In this document: positions 48,001 through 62,082 of the stretch, piece after piece
How the letters are laid out: every line of letters starts with the position of its first letter
Position numbering within the stretch: the stretch's first letter is position 1
Assembly: GCA_040954595.2 (NCBI GenBank)
Contig: CM082579.2
Coordinates: 13,579,834 to 13,643,833, forward strand
DNA from: Balanoglossus misakiensis
Taxonomy: Eukaryota; Animalia; Hemichordata
Length of the DNA: 64,000 nucleotides
Direction of reading: 5' to 3'
Position numbers and translations under genes: made by a program
Notes under the pieces: model-generated
What the model saw: the letters and a program-made list of their open reading frames with translations, nothing else
What the model was told of the DNA's origin: nothing
Databases searched by the model: none

Positions 48001-49834
48001 TGTATTATCTTTTATGTGTATGTTTAGAAAAACAAAAAAGAACAGTTCTTCTACTGAACGCAGTCGCCTACTGCTTGTTGATATGTGTACTGGCCCTGCA
48101 GTGCAACAACGGCATATGCTGCTGAAGAGGCAGATGTTTGACCAAATGTACCAGTGCAGTACTGAGATTGTAGAGCTGTTCGAATACGAATTCAAAGTTT
48201 TGATTCCAATTGTTACATACACCCCCTAGACCAGTATCCGATCACTTTTATTAAAAATGATACTAACACTTCATTGGCAACTCGAACACTACAACAACGC
48301 CATGTTTTATATCACTGGAGGACTTACAATAGAAACAACCACAAATCCGGGTCAAGTTGGCAAAGGTCAAGGTAAACGAGAGTCCCAGACAAGTGGTGGC
48401 GCTAGACCCGTATGCGGTCACTTGGACCAGTTCTCCTGTCACTTTGCATCAGTTGCACAAACACAGTTAGAATGCATATTCTCGTAAAGTATTTGGATCC
48501 TTATAAGTAGAAATACTTTTTTTTCGTGAAGGAAATAAGTTTTTAAAGGGAAGAGAGAAATTTCATGGGCCCAGGACAGGCAAGAAATGATAACAATTAA
48601 CTTTGTTAATCACTTAAAGAGCATATCTTGGCTCGAAACACACCTTTGAGGATAAGTAATAATTGGGCTTGTGTGTTAAATGCTGGTGTTCTTTTATTTA
48701 TTTCATATGGACAAATAAATGTTAAATTTAAACATGTTCAGGGCCTGAGAAAAAAAACTTCTGTTTGGGCCACGCCCATACCCGTGACGTCACAAGAGGA
48801 ACCCATTTACGTTTGCAACAGACTTAGCACTGTACATTGCAGTGGTTGAAATGCAATCATACATGTCTGTGATCTAAATAGCTTTGCTGTGTCAGCCTGG
48901 GTACAACTCTGTATCCCCCGCCCCCTTCAAAATAAACGTACATGTATACCTATCATCTAGGGGAGATGCGATTATGAAAAAAAACTACTCGGCCCGGCTA
49001 GGCTACGGCTACGCATTGCAAGCAGTACACAACATGCAATGGCAGCGGATGTGTATAGGCGCCCAACACATACAATGATTGCTGCCTCGATTAAACCGTG
49101 GAATGTTGCCCAGAGGTTTAGGTCTAGAGTGCTAGGTCTAAATCTACTTATCTTGGACAATGTCAACTTATTGATAACTGATCATGGTCTTTTGGCGATT
49201 TTCGATCACTGCCTCAACAGAATAAATACGCGCGTGTTATTACAAGGGAACTCTATCAGCGCCGATGCAAAGCGTGTACACGCAGTCAGCAGCGATGACA
49301 CATATCGCGCCGCGATGTATATGTACCATGCCAGCACTAAAATTATGTCTTCTGAATTACATGTAAGCTATATGCCTTTTTGGTGATGACAAACAGAAAC
49401 ATTTATGACTTGTCGCTGTAATCATGAAAGTTCCTTCACATGCTTCATACTGCATTATAACAAAATGAAACCATACAACCAACAGCAACAGGCGATCATG
49501 CCGGGCCGACCCACTCACGCTCACACAGCATGAAACATTTTCATTGATACACACGAATATCCAAGTTTGGAAACGGTTTTCACTCACACGCGGCAAAATT
49601 TATTCAACACATTTTGTTTCAAAATTTGTACAGTGTGTTTTGGAGCCGATGAGTCGGACATAGTGCGACGTAAAACTTGTAAACAAAGAAATTAGAAAAG
49701 AAAGATGGCGACCATACAGCCGAAGCCATACAAAGGTACGACTGAAAAAAATGTGAAATAGTAACAGTAATATTTTGAACGTTCAAGTTTTTACATTGAT
49801 TGCTGTCAACAGTAGTATACTAGGTCTATATAAG

Positions 49835-50100
49835 ACACATTAATATTCATGAGGCTCATTAATATTCATGAGTGTCATTATATATTCATAAGATTTAATT
49901 TATTCATATTTAATTTTTCTTCATCAATATTCATGAGTAGGGTGAAATAGGACACATTAATAATTCATGAGGATAAACGTATTGATATGAGTTATCATAT
50001 AAAGTATGAATGTATAATGAAGTAGTAATGAAACTATGAAAATGACATAACTATGTAAGAGTATGTATATTGAGTTATAGTATATGGTTTAATACGTATA
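49835..50100. repeat. AT-rich tract with repeated AATATTCATGAG motif
   Basis: Motif or close variants near 49842, 49861, 49882, 49926 and 49962. Confidence 0.55.
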
Positions 50101-50124
50101 TATGCACTAGTAAATAACAATGGA

Positions 50125-53100
50125 TTGTATTTTTAACATCTGCCCTCTCCTCCTGGTTGTCACCATGGCTGTTATAAGTTCTGTTAACGCTAATGGCCTT
50201 TCTGATTTACACACATTCGATCATGTTCTGCAATTTTGTAAAAATAGCCACCATGACGTCATCTGTTTTCAGGAGACCTTCTGGGACAATCAGATCGCTG
50301 TCCACATTCATAACAAAATTGCTCCAGATTTTCATTTCTTTCATAATAATTGTACAGATCCTGCAAGGAGGAGAGGGGTAGCAATACTTGTGAGAAAACG
50401 GTCAGAGGTTAAAATTCTTGGTCATCGATGCGACTCTGCTGGAAGAATTATTTCCATACAAATTCAGGTTTCTCATCACAATATTAATATTATCAACATT
50501 TACTCTCCTAATCAATCTCATCTCCGTACGCAGTTTTGGAAGGATCTTTCCCATTTTTTTCTCAATGATTACGTGCATGTTGTTATAGGTGATTTCAATA
50601 CTAAAATTAATCCTTACATTGATCAATTCAATAGTGTTTTAAACCATGTTGATCCTTCTCGTAAGCATTTGCTGAATTTCATTACACAGTTTTCCCTGGT
50701 AGACATCTGGCGCAAACAACATCCTCACGCCAGAGAAAGTACTTGGCAACGGTATCTCCATGGCAATCTCCAGCAGAGTGGCATTGATTATGCTCTCATA
50801 CATGAAAGCATTGTCCACATGTGCCAAAGTTCTCATATTATGCATTTTCCCTATAGCGACCATGAACTTATCCAGTTCAAATTCAATTTCCATAACTCAC
50901 CTCGGGGTCCGGGAGTCTGAGCTTTAAATAAAAATCTCTTGAGGGATAAAGTTTATGTCAATAATATATTGGATATCATTAAAAAGCCTAAATTTGACCT
51001 CAATTATACAAGTAATAAAATTCAGTGATGGGGGTGTTTAAAACATAATATTCGTAGATTTTCCCAGAAGTATGCAAAACAGCAGGCAAAATTGAGGCGC
51101 CACTTGAAGAAAACCTTAGAGAAAAAAAACTAAAATGGGAACTTAACAAAGCTAACCGTTTCACCGACTATGATCTTACTAATGCTCATATTATTCAGGA
51201 AGACCTTGACAACACTATTTCCTTAGAAACCAAAGGGGCCTTAATCCGTTCTAAGATCCAGTTGTATGAGGAGGGTGAGATATCCACTCGGTTTTTCTTT
51301 AACCTAGAAAAGTCTAAGCAGGAAAGAAAATGCATCAAATCTTTAATTACTGACAACAATGAAATTCTCACTGACATTACTGATATAATCTCAGAAGCTC
51401 ATACATTTTACTCAAAGCTTTATAACAATGAGCCTTGTGATCTTGCACTTCAAAATACTTTCCTTGGTTACATTACAAATACTGTTTCTGATGAGGAGTG
51501 CGCTGTCGCCGATTCAGAGTTTTCGGTAGAAGAGGTGACCTTTGCCCTCTCTAAGTGTATTCATAATAAAAGCCCAGGCGCTGATGGTTTACCGTACGAA
51601 TTTTATCTTCACTTCTGGGAAGATATCAAAGATGATTTGCTTGACATTTTCAACTGTATTTTCTCCAATAACATTTTTCCTTGATGAGTGGAAAACTGGT
51701 CTTATTACCTTAATCCCTAAAGCAGACAGTGACCCCCGTTACATTAAAAATTGGCGCCCTATAACCCTCCTCAACTGTGATTACAAAATTCTAGCTAAAA
51801 CACTTGCCATTAGGCTCAATAGAATTATGCCCTCCATGGTCAGCCCGGATCAAACTTGCTGTGTCCCAGGTCTTGACATTGTGGACAATGTTTTCTGTAT
51901 GAGAGATCTCATCCATCATGTTGAATCCAGTAACTGTCCAGGTGCTATTCTGAAATTTGATCAGATGAAATCCTTTGATCGTGTTGATCACAAGTATCTG
52001 CTTAACACACTGAGGGCGTTCAGGTTCGGTGATAATTTTGTTAAATGGATTTCCATACTGTACAACCAGGTTATAAGTAATGTAAAAATTAACGGGTTTT
52101 TGTCTGACTCGGTGTTAATTAAACGAAGTGTCAGACAAGGGTGCCCGCTGTCAGCAATGTTGTACATGCTGTCGGCTGAGCCTCTAAATGCCGCTATTCA
52201 GCGTAACCACAACATACTTGGTATCCAAATTCCAGGCAGTACTGTATCTTCCTTAGTTTATCAACATGCTGATGATACCACACTTACCGTTAGTGATGAC
52301 CATTCTATCCGCGAAGCGTATCAGGTCTTTTGTGATTATGGTAAAGCTTCTGGGTCAAAGGTTAATTTGAACAAAAGTGCACTGATGTGGATTGGAAACA
52401 ATAGAGGGCGTACTGACTGCCCCTTACCTGTCAGGCTTCAACCGGATGGCATGGTCATTCTTGGTGTCATGTTGAGTCATGAAAAATCAGTTGCTGATGA
52501 TTTGGTCTGATGGGCTCAGCGCATTCCAAAAATCTGTAGAATTCTGAAATCTTGGTCATTTCGTAAATTGTCCTACAAAGGGAAAACCCTCATTATCAAC
52601 TCCCTTGTTACGTCTACTCTGTGGTACCGGGCATCTGTTGTTTCGTTGCCTCAGCAACACATACAAATTTTGAATGAGCACATCTGTAATTTCTTCTGGA
52701 GCAAAGGTCATCACAGGGTGAAATATGATGTCATCACTTCCGACATTCAAGATGAGGGACTTAAAGTCACAAATATTCAAGACAAAGTGCATGCACTTCG
52801 TCTCAAGTGGTTGTGTAAATTGCTGGATAAAGATTATGTTCACAAATTCAAGCTGTTTTTCACCTACAACTTAAATAAATATTTCGATCTCAATTGTGGT
52901 GTTGACACTTTTGAAATGTTACTTTATCCTACCAACTTACGTCAGTGTTCTACATTCTACAGGGAATTGTTTCAGTCTTAGTCGCATCTTTTCAAGTATT
53001 TTCGTGCACAACCAGTTTCCTACGATGAAATTATCAATGAACCCATTTTTCATAACCCATTCATTACAAGTGTTGAAGGGGGCCCCCTGGCGATTATAAA

Positions 53101-54293
53101 GCTTTTCAGTTCAGCTGGCATTGTCAAAATCAGGGATTTGTTATACGAAGTCATTCCTGGGTTCCTACCTATTGATGCAATTGGTGACATGGTTTCATTG
53201 GCCCATCCTGACACTCCCACAAGCAATACTGTTGAGAAGCAACCATATTATCCTCAATTCAATTCCTCAAAAGTGGCATGATATTCTGCAGGGTAATTAC
53301 AAAGATTTTAACAAAGTGGACAAAAACCCGTCTCTTTTTATTGTTAATGCTCATGATCAACGTGTTCCTTTCCATTCTCTTAAGGTTAGACACATTACTA
53401 CAATAGCTCGGCATCTGTAATCTTCGTCTTTATAAAGCAGGCAAAATCCTCAGTCCGACTTGTGACTTCTGCACATTTTTTCCCGAAGACGTGTATCATT
53501 TGTTTGTGTGCTGCCAGGCAGTTCAATCCTTGTGGCAACTTGTTTTTGAGTATATCTACAGTGCCAGTAATGTAAATAAGTTTAACCCAACAGATATAAT
53601 TCTAATGATGTTATTTGGTTATCCTGTCAATGATGACAAGTACGAGTACACGCTGATCAATATTTTATTGTCACTTTCACGTTATACAATTCATAGTAGA
53701 AGATTAGCATACAAGCGTTGTACTCGGAAAATCGACTTGATCAAGTTCTTTAAGTACAAATTAAAACACAAAATCACTTTTGAATATAACAGGTGCAAAG
53801 CAAGTGATGATGTTGCGCTATTTGAAAGCATCTTTGCACAAAACAATGTACTTGTAACGGTAAGAGATTTTGACTTTACCTTCAATTTTTAAACAGTCTT
53901 TTTGTCTATGTTGTCACCTTCAGTTGAACCTGGCGCCCTCTGGTGTTACATACCATCTTTTTTTACTGGTAATTGTTCCTGTAATTAAATTGTATGTCAC
54001 AATTCCATGACAGATTGGAGTATAGGACTTACATAAATGATGGAATACTGTAATGCAATATTGTGAATTTAAAGATTGTTTATGTTGAATGATTTGATTA
54101 CACATGCATTCATTCCGGTGAATGTTTTTTCATCAATATTGTAATGATTTGCAATAGTAGTGTAACATGTTGAGAATTTATGGAATTTATTTAATATGAA
54201 TCTTTCACTGTAATTACAAGCTACTTGTAATGTACAATCTATTTTTAACAGGGCAAGCCAGTGGGCCTGTCCTTTTTAATAAAAGATAAAAAA
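50125..54293 (+). mobile_element. Decayed L1/Tx1 LINE #3 (ORF2 and 3' UTR, no ORF1)
   Basis: ORF fragments 50165-53892: SSVNANGL, FQET, GDFN, YSDH, NWRPITLL, VRQGCPLS, HADD; ends aataaaagataaaaaa; ~150-bp deletion near 53418 relative to the second copy. Confidence 0.92.
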
Positions 54294-54928
54294 GTAAGGC
54301 TAGCCTTTTACCTGAAGGTGTCAACTGATGTTGGTTCGAGACCACTTTTTATTCTATTTCTTTTTTTTTTTTGGAGAACATTTAACGACATTATCATTTT
54401 AATTTTTATCATTTTCATAAATCCAATTCATTTCAATATCTACGCTGCGTTTTTTATCTGTCGGGTATAAGAAATATGCACGGAAACTTGGTCATTTTTT
54501 GTCGCAGTTCACTTGGACAAGTCTGAATACGGAGTGCTCAGCAGAGAGAAAAATAAACTCGCTAAAACCGTGTCTTGCCGACCGAATGACCAACCAAGGA
54601 ACGAAAAAGTCGTTATTTAGGCCGTAATAAAACGCTTTTGTTGCCGAGGAGTGAATTAAGAACGGTCAGATCGTTGCGGTGCAGGGAACTCTTATTTGCA
54701 CCGCTGCGGTGCGGAGAACTCATATTTGCACCGCTGCGTTGCAGGGAACTGGGAACTTCATTGGAGTTATGCTGCAATATAGTGCGGAAAATTTCTGACT
54801 TTTTCGAATACACATCGTGATGGCGAATGGTTCAGGAAGGCTAGCCTTTTACCTGAAGGTGTCAACTGATGTTGGTTCGAGACCACTTTTTTCATATTTC
54901 TTTTTTTTCTTGAGAACTTTTAAAGACA

Positions 54929-56917
54929 TCATCTTGGTGTCATGTTGAGTCATGAAAAATCAGTTGCTGATGATTTCAATTGGGCTCAGCGCATTCCAAA
55001 AATCTGTAGAATTCTGAAATCTTGGTCATTTCGTAAATTGTCCTACAAAGGGAAAACCCTCATTATCAACTCCCTTGTTACGTCTACTCTGTGGTACCGG
55101 GCATCTGTTGTTTCGTTGCCTCAGCAACACATACAAATTTTGAATGAGCACATCTGTAATTTCTTCTGGAGCAAAGGTCATCACAGGGTGAAATATGATG
55201 TCATCACTTCCGACATTCAAGATGGGGGACTTAAAGTCACAAATATTCAAGACATAGTGCATGCACTTCGTCTCAAGTGGTTGTGTAAATTGCTGGATAA
55301 AGATTATGTTCACAAATTCAAGCTGTTTTTCACCTACAACTTAAATAAGTATTTCGATCTCAATTGTGGTGTTGACACTTTTAAAATGTTACTTTATCCT
55401 ACCAACTTACGTCAGTGTTCTACATTCTACAGGGAATTGTTTCAGTCTTGGTCGCATCTTTTCAAATATTTTCGTGCACAACCAGTTTCCTACGATGAAA
55501 TTATCAATGAACCCATTTTTCATAACCCATTCATTACAAGTGTTGAAGGGCGCCCCCTGGCGATTATAAAGCTTTTCAGTTCAGCTGGCATTGTCAAAAT
55601 CAGGGATTTGTTATACAATGGTCATTCCTGGGTTCCTACCTGTTGATGCAATTGGTGACGTGGTTTCATTGGCCCATCCTGACACTCCCACAAGCAATAC
55701 TGTTGAGAAGCTGTACCATATTATCCTCAATTCAATTCCTCAAAAGTGGCATGATATTCTGCAGGGTAATTACAAAGATTATAACAAAGTGGACAAAAAC
55801 CCGTCTCTTTTTATTGTTAATGCTCATGATCAACGTGTTCCTTTCCATTCTCTTAAGGTTAGACACATTACTACAATAGCTCGGCATCTGAGAAAAACAG
55901 TGCCCACGGGTGTTGGGTATTGGCTCTTCCACCTGCCAAACTTTGATTTTAGTAAGGTTTGGTCAATCGTTTACACAAATTTCAAGGATAATTACCTGGG
56001 TGATCTGGATTATCTCATTTGTCACAACGCTGTTTTTAGTAATCTTCGTCTTTATAAAGCAGGCAAATTCCTCAGTCCGACTTGTGACTTCTGCACATTT
56101 TTTCCCGAAGACGTGTATCATTTGTTTGTGTGCTGCCAGGCAGTTCAATCCTTGTGGCAACTTGTTTTTGAGTATATCTACAGTGCCAGTAATGTAAATA
56201 AGTTTAACCCAACAGATAGAATTCTAATGATGTTATTTGGTTATCCTGTCAATGATGACAAGTACGAGTACACGCTGATCAATATTTTATTGTCACTTTC
56301 ACGTTATACAATTCATAGTAGAAGATTAGCATACAAGCGTTGTACTCGGAAAATCGACTTGATCAAGTTCTTTAAGTACAAATTAAAACAGAAAATCACT
56401 TTTGAATATAACAGGTGCAAAGCAAGTGATGATGTTGCGCTATTTGAAAGCATCTTTGCACAAAACAATGTACTTGTAACGGTAAAAGATTTTGACTTTA
56501 CCTTCAATTTTTAAACAGTCTTTTTGTCTATGTTGTCACCTTCAGTTGAACCTGGCGCCCTCTGGTGTTACATACCATCTTTTTTACTGGTAATTGTTCC
56601 TGTAATTAAATTGTATGTCACAATTCCATGACAGATTGGAGTATAGGACTTACATAAATGATGGAATACTGTAATGCAATATTGTGAATTTAAAGATTGT
56701 TTATGTTGAATGATTTGATTACACATGCATTCATTCCGGTGAATGTTTTTTCATCAATATTGTAATGATTTGCAATAGTAGTGTAACATGTTGAGAATTT
56801 ATGGAATTTATTTAATATGAATCTTTCACTGTAATTACAAGCTACTTGTAATGTACAATCTACTTTTAACAGGGCAAGCCAGTGGGCCTGTCCTTTTTAA
56901 TAAAAGATAAAACAAAA
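54929..56917 (+). mobile_element. Second, 5'-truncated copy of L1 #3
   Basis: Near-identical to 52455-54293; ORFs 54942-55646 and 55591-56514 (CDFC...HLFVCC). Confidence 0.92.
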
Positions 56918-56935
56918 GTAAGGCTAGCCTTTTAC

Positions 56936-58061
56936 GTATATATATCGTATGACTAACGAGGCGATATCCATAATATCAACCGAGGACGAAGTCCGAGGTT
57001 GATATTATGGATGACGCCGAGGTAGTCATACGATATTTAACATACACAACGAGTGAAAGGTGCAGGCCCCTCTACAAGTAAACACCCCTCAACCGACAAT
57101 ACAGTGTTTAAAAATCTTTTGTATAGACCCTAAGCGGTTGATATCAGCCTAACTTTCAAAATGGTATGGTCCTACTTACGGAAAGTATTTAATTATTCAG
57201 CGTTTTGCACCTGGGATGCATATATTACCTAGTTCAACCAATTATTGTTTAGTAATAAGCTCACACGCAATGTTTCTTCCAATTGTATTGGCTGTGCATG
57301 TTTTACACATGCACAATGGCATATATTATAATATAAATGCACGGCCACGAGGCACAATTTCTTTCTACCTGAACGTGTCATAATGGCAGCATGGCGCATG
57401 AGGTGTATCCCGATTTTTCTGATATCTCTGATGAAGAGTTAATTGAAGCCTCACAAGCAGCAGAATATTTGAACGAGCTTGGCTTCGAAAATATGGATAT
57501 AGCAGTCAGCAGCATTCCTTCGGTGAGTCACGAATTCTTTTATTCATTCCGCCATTTTCACCTTTTTATCGTGTACGTTGTCGTTGAACATGCACGTAAG
57601 AATGTATATTGAATCATTTTTTATTTCGTTAAAGGACATTCCCAGAAGGCGGTTTGCTGACCCAGTGTCGGATTCCTGCGTACAGGGGGTTGCAAAAATT
57701 CCATTCCCAAGAATACTCAACGCCGTAATATGTGGGCGCTACGGACTTTCAATGAATGGGCCATGGCCCGAAATGTTACATTTTGTAGTTTTGTCTGCAT
57801 AAATTTTTTATTTGGAGGTAGGTCGTGATATTGTCTCGAGGCGTAGCCGAGAGTCAATATCACGACCGTACCGCCAAATATTCATTTTCGAGGCATGATG
57901 GCTGAAATATCACGAGACGAAGTCGAGTGAAATTTCTGCTATCATGCCGAGAGTTCAATAGGTTGATATCACCCCACCCCAAAAATATCACCTCAAAATG
58001 AGGTTGCTCTCTAAAATATCAACCGCTAAATCTATTGTACTATCTGTGACGAGTTGTGTAT
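56936..58061 (+). mobile_element. Non-autonomous Crypton (YR DNA transposon) derivative
   Basis: Inserted in the satellite between ttttac and ctgaagg with no TSD. Long terminal hairpin at 56942-57036 with a cgaggacgaagtccgag centre; similar hairpins at 57825-57932; truncated Crypton-like gene inside. Confidence 0.75.
57391..57775 (+). pseudogene. Truncated, probably spliced CryptonA/DUF3504-type (ZMYM/QRICH1/KCTD1-like) N-terminus
   Basis: MAHEVYPDFSDISDEELIEASQAAE..., donor gtgagt near 57523; then RRRFADPVSD...(frameshift)...IPKNTQRRNMWALRTFNEWAMARN. Confidence 0.7.
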
Positions 58062-60499
58062 CTGAAGGTGTCAACTGATGTTGGTTCGAGACCACTTTTT
58101 ATTCTATTTCTTTTTTTTTTGTGAGAACATTTAACGACATTATCATTTTAATTTTTATCATTTTCATAAATCCAATTCATTTCAATATCTACGCTGCGTT
58201 TTTTATCTGTCGGGTATTATAAGAAATATGCACGGAAACTTGGTCATTTTTTGTCGCAGTTCACTTGGGCAAGTCTGAATACGGAGTGCTCAGGAGAGAG
58301 AAAGATAAACTCGCTAAAACTGTGTCTTTCCGTCCGCATGACCAACCAAGGAGCGAATAAGTCGTTATTTAGGCCGTAATAAAACGTTTTTGTCGCCGAG
58401 GAGTGAATAAAGAACGGTCAGATCGTTGCGGTGCAGGTAACTCTTATTTGCACCGCTGCGGTGCAGGGAACTCTTATTTGCACCGCTGCGGTGCAAATAA
58501 GATCATTGGAGTTATGCTGCAATATAGTGCGGAAAATTTCCGACTTTTTCGAGTACACATCGTGATGGCGAATGGTTCAGGAAGGCTAGCCTTTTACCTG
58601 AAGGTGTCAACTGATGTTGGTTCGAGACCACTTTTTTATTTCTTTTTTTTTTGTGAGAATTTTTAACGACATTATTATTGTAATTTTTATCATTTTCATA
58701 AAGCCAATTCATTTCAATATCAACGCTGCGTTTTTATCTGTCAGGTAAATAAAACATGCAGGGAAACATGGTCATATTTTTGTCGCGCTTCAGTTGGGCA
58801 TGTCTGAATACGGAGTGCTCAGGAGAGAGAAAGATAAACTCGCTAAAACCGTGTCTTTCCGTCCGAATGACCAACCAAGGAACGAAAAAGTCGTTATTTA
58901 GGCCGTAATAAAACGTTTTTGTCGCCGAGGAGTGAATAAAGAACGGTCAGATCGTTGCGGTGCAGGGAACTCTTATTTGCACCGCTGCGGTGCAAATAAG
59001 ATCATTGGAGTTATGCTGCAATATAGTGCGGAAAATTTCCGACTTTTTCGAGTACACATCGTGATGGCGAATGGTTCAGGAAGGCTACCCTTTTACCTGA
59101 AGGTGTCAACTGATGTTGGCTCGAGACCACTTTTTTATTTCTTTTTTTTTTGAGAATTTTTAACGACATTATTATTGTAATTTTTATCATTTTCATAAAG
59201 CCAATTCATTTCAATATCAACGCTGCGTTTTTATCTGTCGGGTAAATAAAACATGCAGGGAAACATGGTCATATTTTTGTCGCGCTTCACTTTGGCAAGT
59301 CTGAATACGGAGTGCTCAGGAGAGAGAAAGATAAACTCGCTAAAACCGTGTCTTTCCGTCCGAATGACCAACCAAGGAGCGAAAAAGTCGTTATTTAGGC
59401 CGTGTAGCGGCACACAAACAGACTTCCTTTTATGGCCAACTATATAGTCTGCTGCGCACTGCTTGGGGTAAACAGTCAGGGTAGATCTCTCCGCAATGCG
59501 TCCCTCTTTAACAAATCACTTCTAGTGTCAAATTCTTTGTCACAGGGTTTATTCGACACTATACATAGACGTGGAACGGTAAACTTAAAGACGTGGAACG
59601 TAGAACGATTGACTGAAAATAAAATAAAATAATACACTACATAAGTATTTGTCACTGTTACACAACTCGAGGGTTCAAAGGTCAAGTTTACCACCTTGAA
59701 CCATGGCCTCTTATGTATGGCGCCCTCTAGAGGCAAGAAGCATGCACTTGCCCCTTCTAAAGTACTTTGCATTCCAAAGCCTAATTAATTATGCATAAAG
59801 CACTTTCAAACAGAAGAAACTCTAAATCTATAAAATACATCACTGAAGTCAAAAAGCAACTTGTGTCCGATGAACTGTCTAAATCAGAGTCCGTGGAAAG
59901 TCTCTTGGTATGAAATATGATGTGTAAAACTGATTTGAAAATTGCCACATGCCATCTCTGCCAGGAGAGAATGGCCAACTTGTGTGGTACTCACAGTCCA
60001 CGAATAAAACTTGATTTCTACAGAATATTTTGGCTCGAAAATAGGCTTACCAGAATTATGTGACCTCCTGGCTGTTAGCCCATCAAAACAATACAATTCA
60101 TGGACTGGTCCGTCCCCTTTTGAGTGTGTTAGAAGCACAAAACCGACACTCTCTCTTCAGCACAATGCTTGCTCTTTGAAAACCCATGTGCTTCTGAAAC
60201 CTAGTACTTACACTTGACTGAAGTTGAACTTTGATATGGTATTACGTAATGGGGGTAATGCCCTTGACAGGAAGTATGAGTCACCGTTATACAAGTGCCT
60301 TGACCTAGTGTCGATACTAAGCAAATTTAAGTCAAACAGAAACCATAGGAATAAAACTGCTACTTTAAGCTAAATATTTTTGGCCGTAACATTCCGGTCC
60401 CCTAATTGTAAGGAAATGCTTTCTGAGCAATTACAAAACTAGTAATAGGTCCAAAAATTGTCAAACATACACTACAGACTGAATGTCCTGCACATGGCA

Positions 60500-60682
60500 C
60501 GCTTGCCTGGCGCGCTCAGTGGCTTGCTGCGCGCGCCAGGGGGCTCGGTCCCTCCGGGCCCAGCAGGCCCATGGGCCCGCAGGGCTTGCTAATTAAATGT
60601 GTTTGGTGGGCCCGCATTCCGGCCCACCGGGCCCAGCTAGCCCATGGGCCCGCTGCGCTTGCTGTGTTTGGCGGGCCCGAAT
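60500..60682. repeat. GC-rich GGGCCC-motif cluster with a short duplication
   Basis: ccgggcccagc...cccatgggcccgc...gcttgct at about 60554 and 60627; resembles a DNA-transposon subterminal region. Confidence 0.5.
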
Positions 60683-61976
60683 GAACACATGAGAAGTCTG
60701 TCAGTCTTAGAATGAGAAGAGGGCATGTTTGAGAATTCTGGAGTTAAGAATTGGGCTAGCATGTCACCCGTCGGAATAAATTAGACCATGATTAGACGTT
60801 TCGTGTGTGTCTGCACATGGACGTAAAAAGAGATGGTCTGCATGTGTCCGAGATGTAATCAATGTGTCATGGTTTACCACGACAAATTCTAGCTCAGTCT
60901 TCTTGATCGGGCCTAGATTGATCATTGCAACCTAATCATCAAAGTTAGCAAACATGTAAGATCGTTCGCGTTTGCCTGAGGTTCTACCTCCATTATACGA
61001 TCGGACTGTGACTCGATCTCTCTTCGTGATGTGATGTCGTCGATCGACGCCATGTTTGTTTTAATACATGATTGTACAATCGCGCGTAGCTATGGTCTAA
61101 GGCAGGGACTCTCTACCTGTTTCATCGCCTGATAAATTAGATGGATATTCTCAAAACAATATAATGTATATTGTGTTCTGATTGCCTTCTTCGTGTATCA
61201 AACTTTTATTTTATTGATTTCCTTTTGTTGTCAGCCACATGCGATTAGCCTTGCCAATAAACAGTCGTGTATACTCGGTAAACAAGTGGAATCACAGACT
61301 TGCCTCAAAAACAAGAGTAGCAGGTGTAGTTCCTCTCCGTCCCACCTCCATGTAACAACATACAATCCGCATCAAACAAGCACTCCTGAATAACTATGAA
61401 ATGTCTAGCTTGTGCTCATTCTGTCAAACTATTGCATAGACTCCAGCCATATTCAATGCCAGTTTAAGTAGATCTTAAACTCACCGTCAGTGAGTTAGAT
61501 ACAGGTGCACACATACATGTATGACACTATTGTGAAGTAACATTTCTTTTTTATTTTAGAACATGCGAAAAATAATAGGGACAAGTCACATCAGAGTAGA
61601 ATAAAAATGTCCTCAAGTACAAAAAAAACAGCAAAACGGGAAAATGCATCGATGTCGGAACTACTAAAGTCGAGAATCAGCTCTGAACTTATTCAGTAAT
61701 CTAGTGCTTGGGGCGGAAACTTTAATGCAGAACACACTCTCTCGATATGCAAATATAACTTATTGAAACTCGTTGCCACACGAACAAATGACCAGGAACC
61801 ATCGACGCGGCACAGTCTATATATACTGTACATGTACACTGAGAAGCCATAGAGACGTGCATGTTCAAATATAGACCTTCTGAATAATGATCCATCGAGC
61901 AACAACAACAAAAAGGAAAAGATCCTTTGTACTTTAAATACGACCGAACTTTGCGAGGATTATCTGTTTGTCAATA

Positions 61977-62082
61977 CGGTAACAGGTCGTTTCGGCCCAA
62001 AAGATTTTCGATCCCAATCGTTTCGGCCCCCAATTTTCACGACCCCGGTCTGTTCGGCCCCGACACCCCAGTCGTTTCGGTG
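61977..62082. mobile_element. Orphan terminus of a DNA transposon with (cg)tttcggccc subterminal repeats
   Basis: cggtaacagg followed by 4-5 copies of gtttcggccc; partner end not found in the window. Confidence 0.45.

Larger units (their letters stand above)
54296..59402. repeat. ~500-540-bp satellite with variable internal 30-bp repeat, interrupted by an L1 copy and a Crypton
   Basis: Unit start aaggctagccttttacctgaagg at 54296, 54837, 56920 (resumes 58062), 58582 and 59081. Confidence 0.9.

Noticed and set aside
48228-49828. Possible TAG...CTA (Academ-like) element
   Set aside because: Only a short imperfect inverted match and no convincing TSD.
59403-60476. Possible solo LTR (TGTAG...CTACA)
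   Set aside because: No TSD, PBS or PPT, and the satellite does not resume afterwards.
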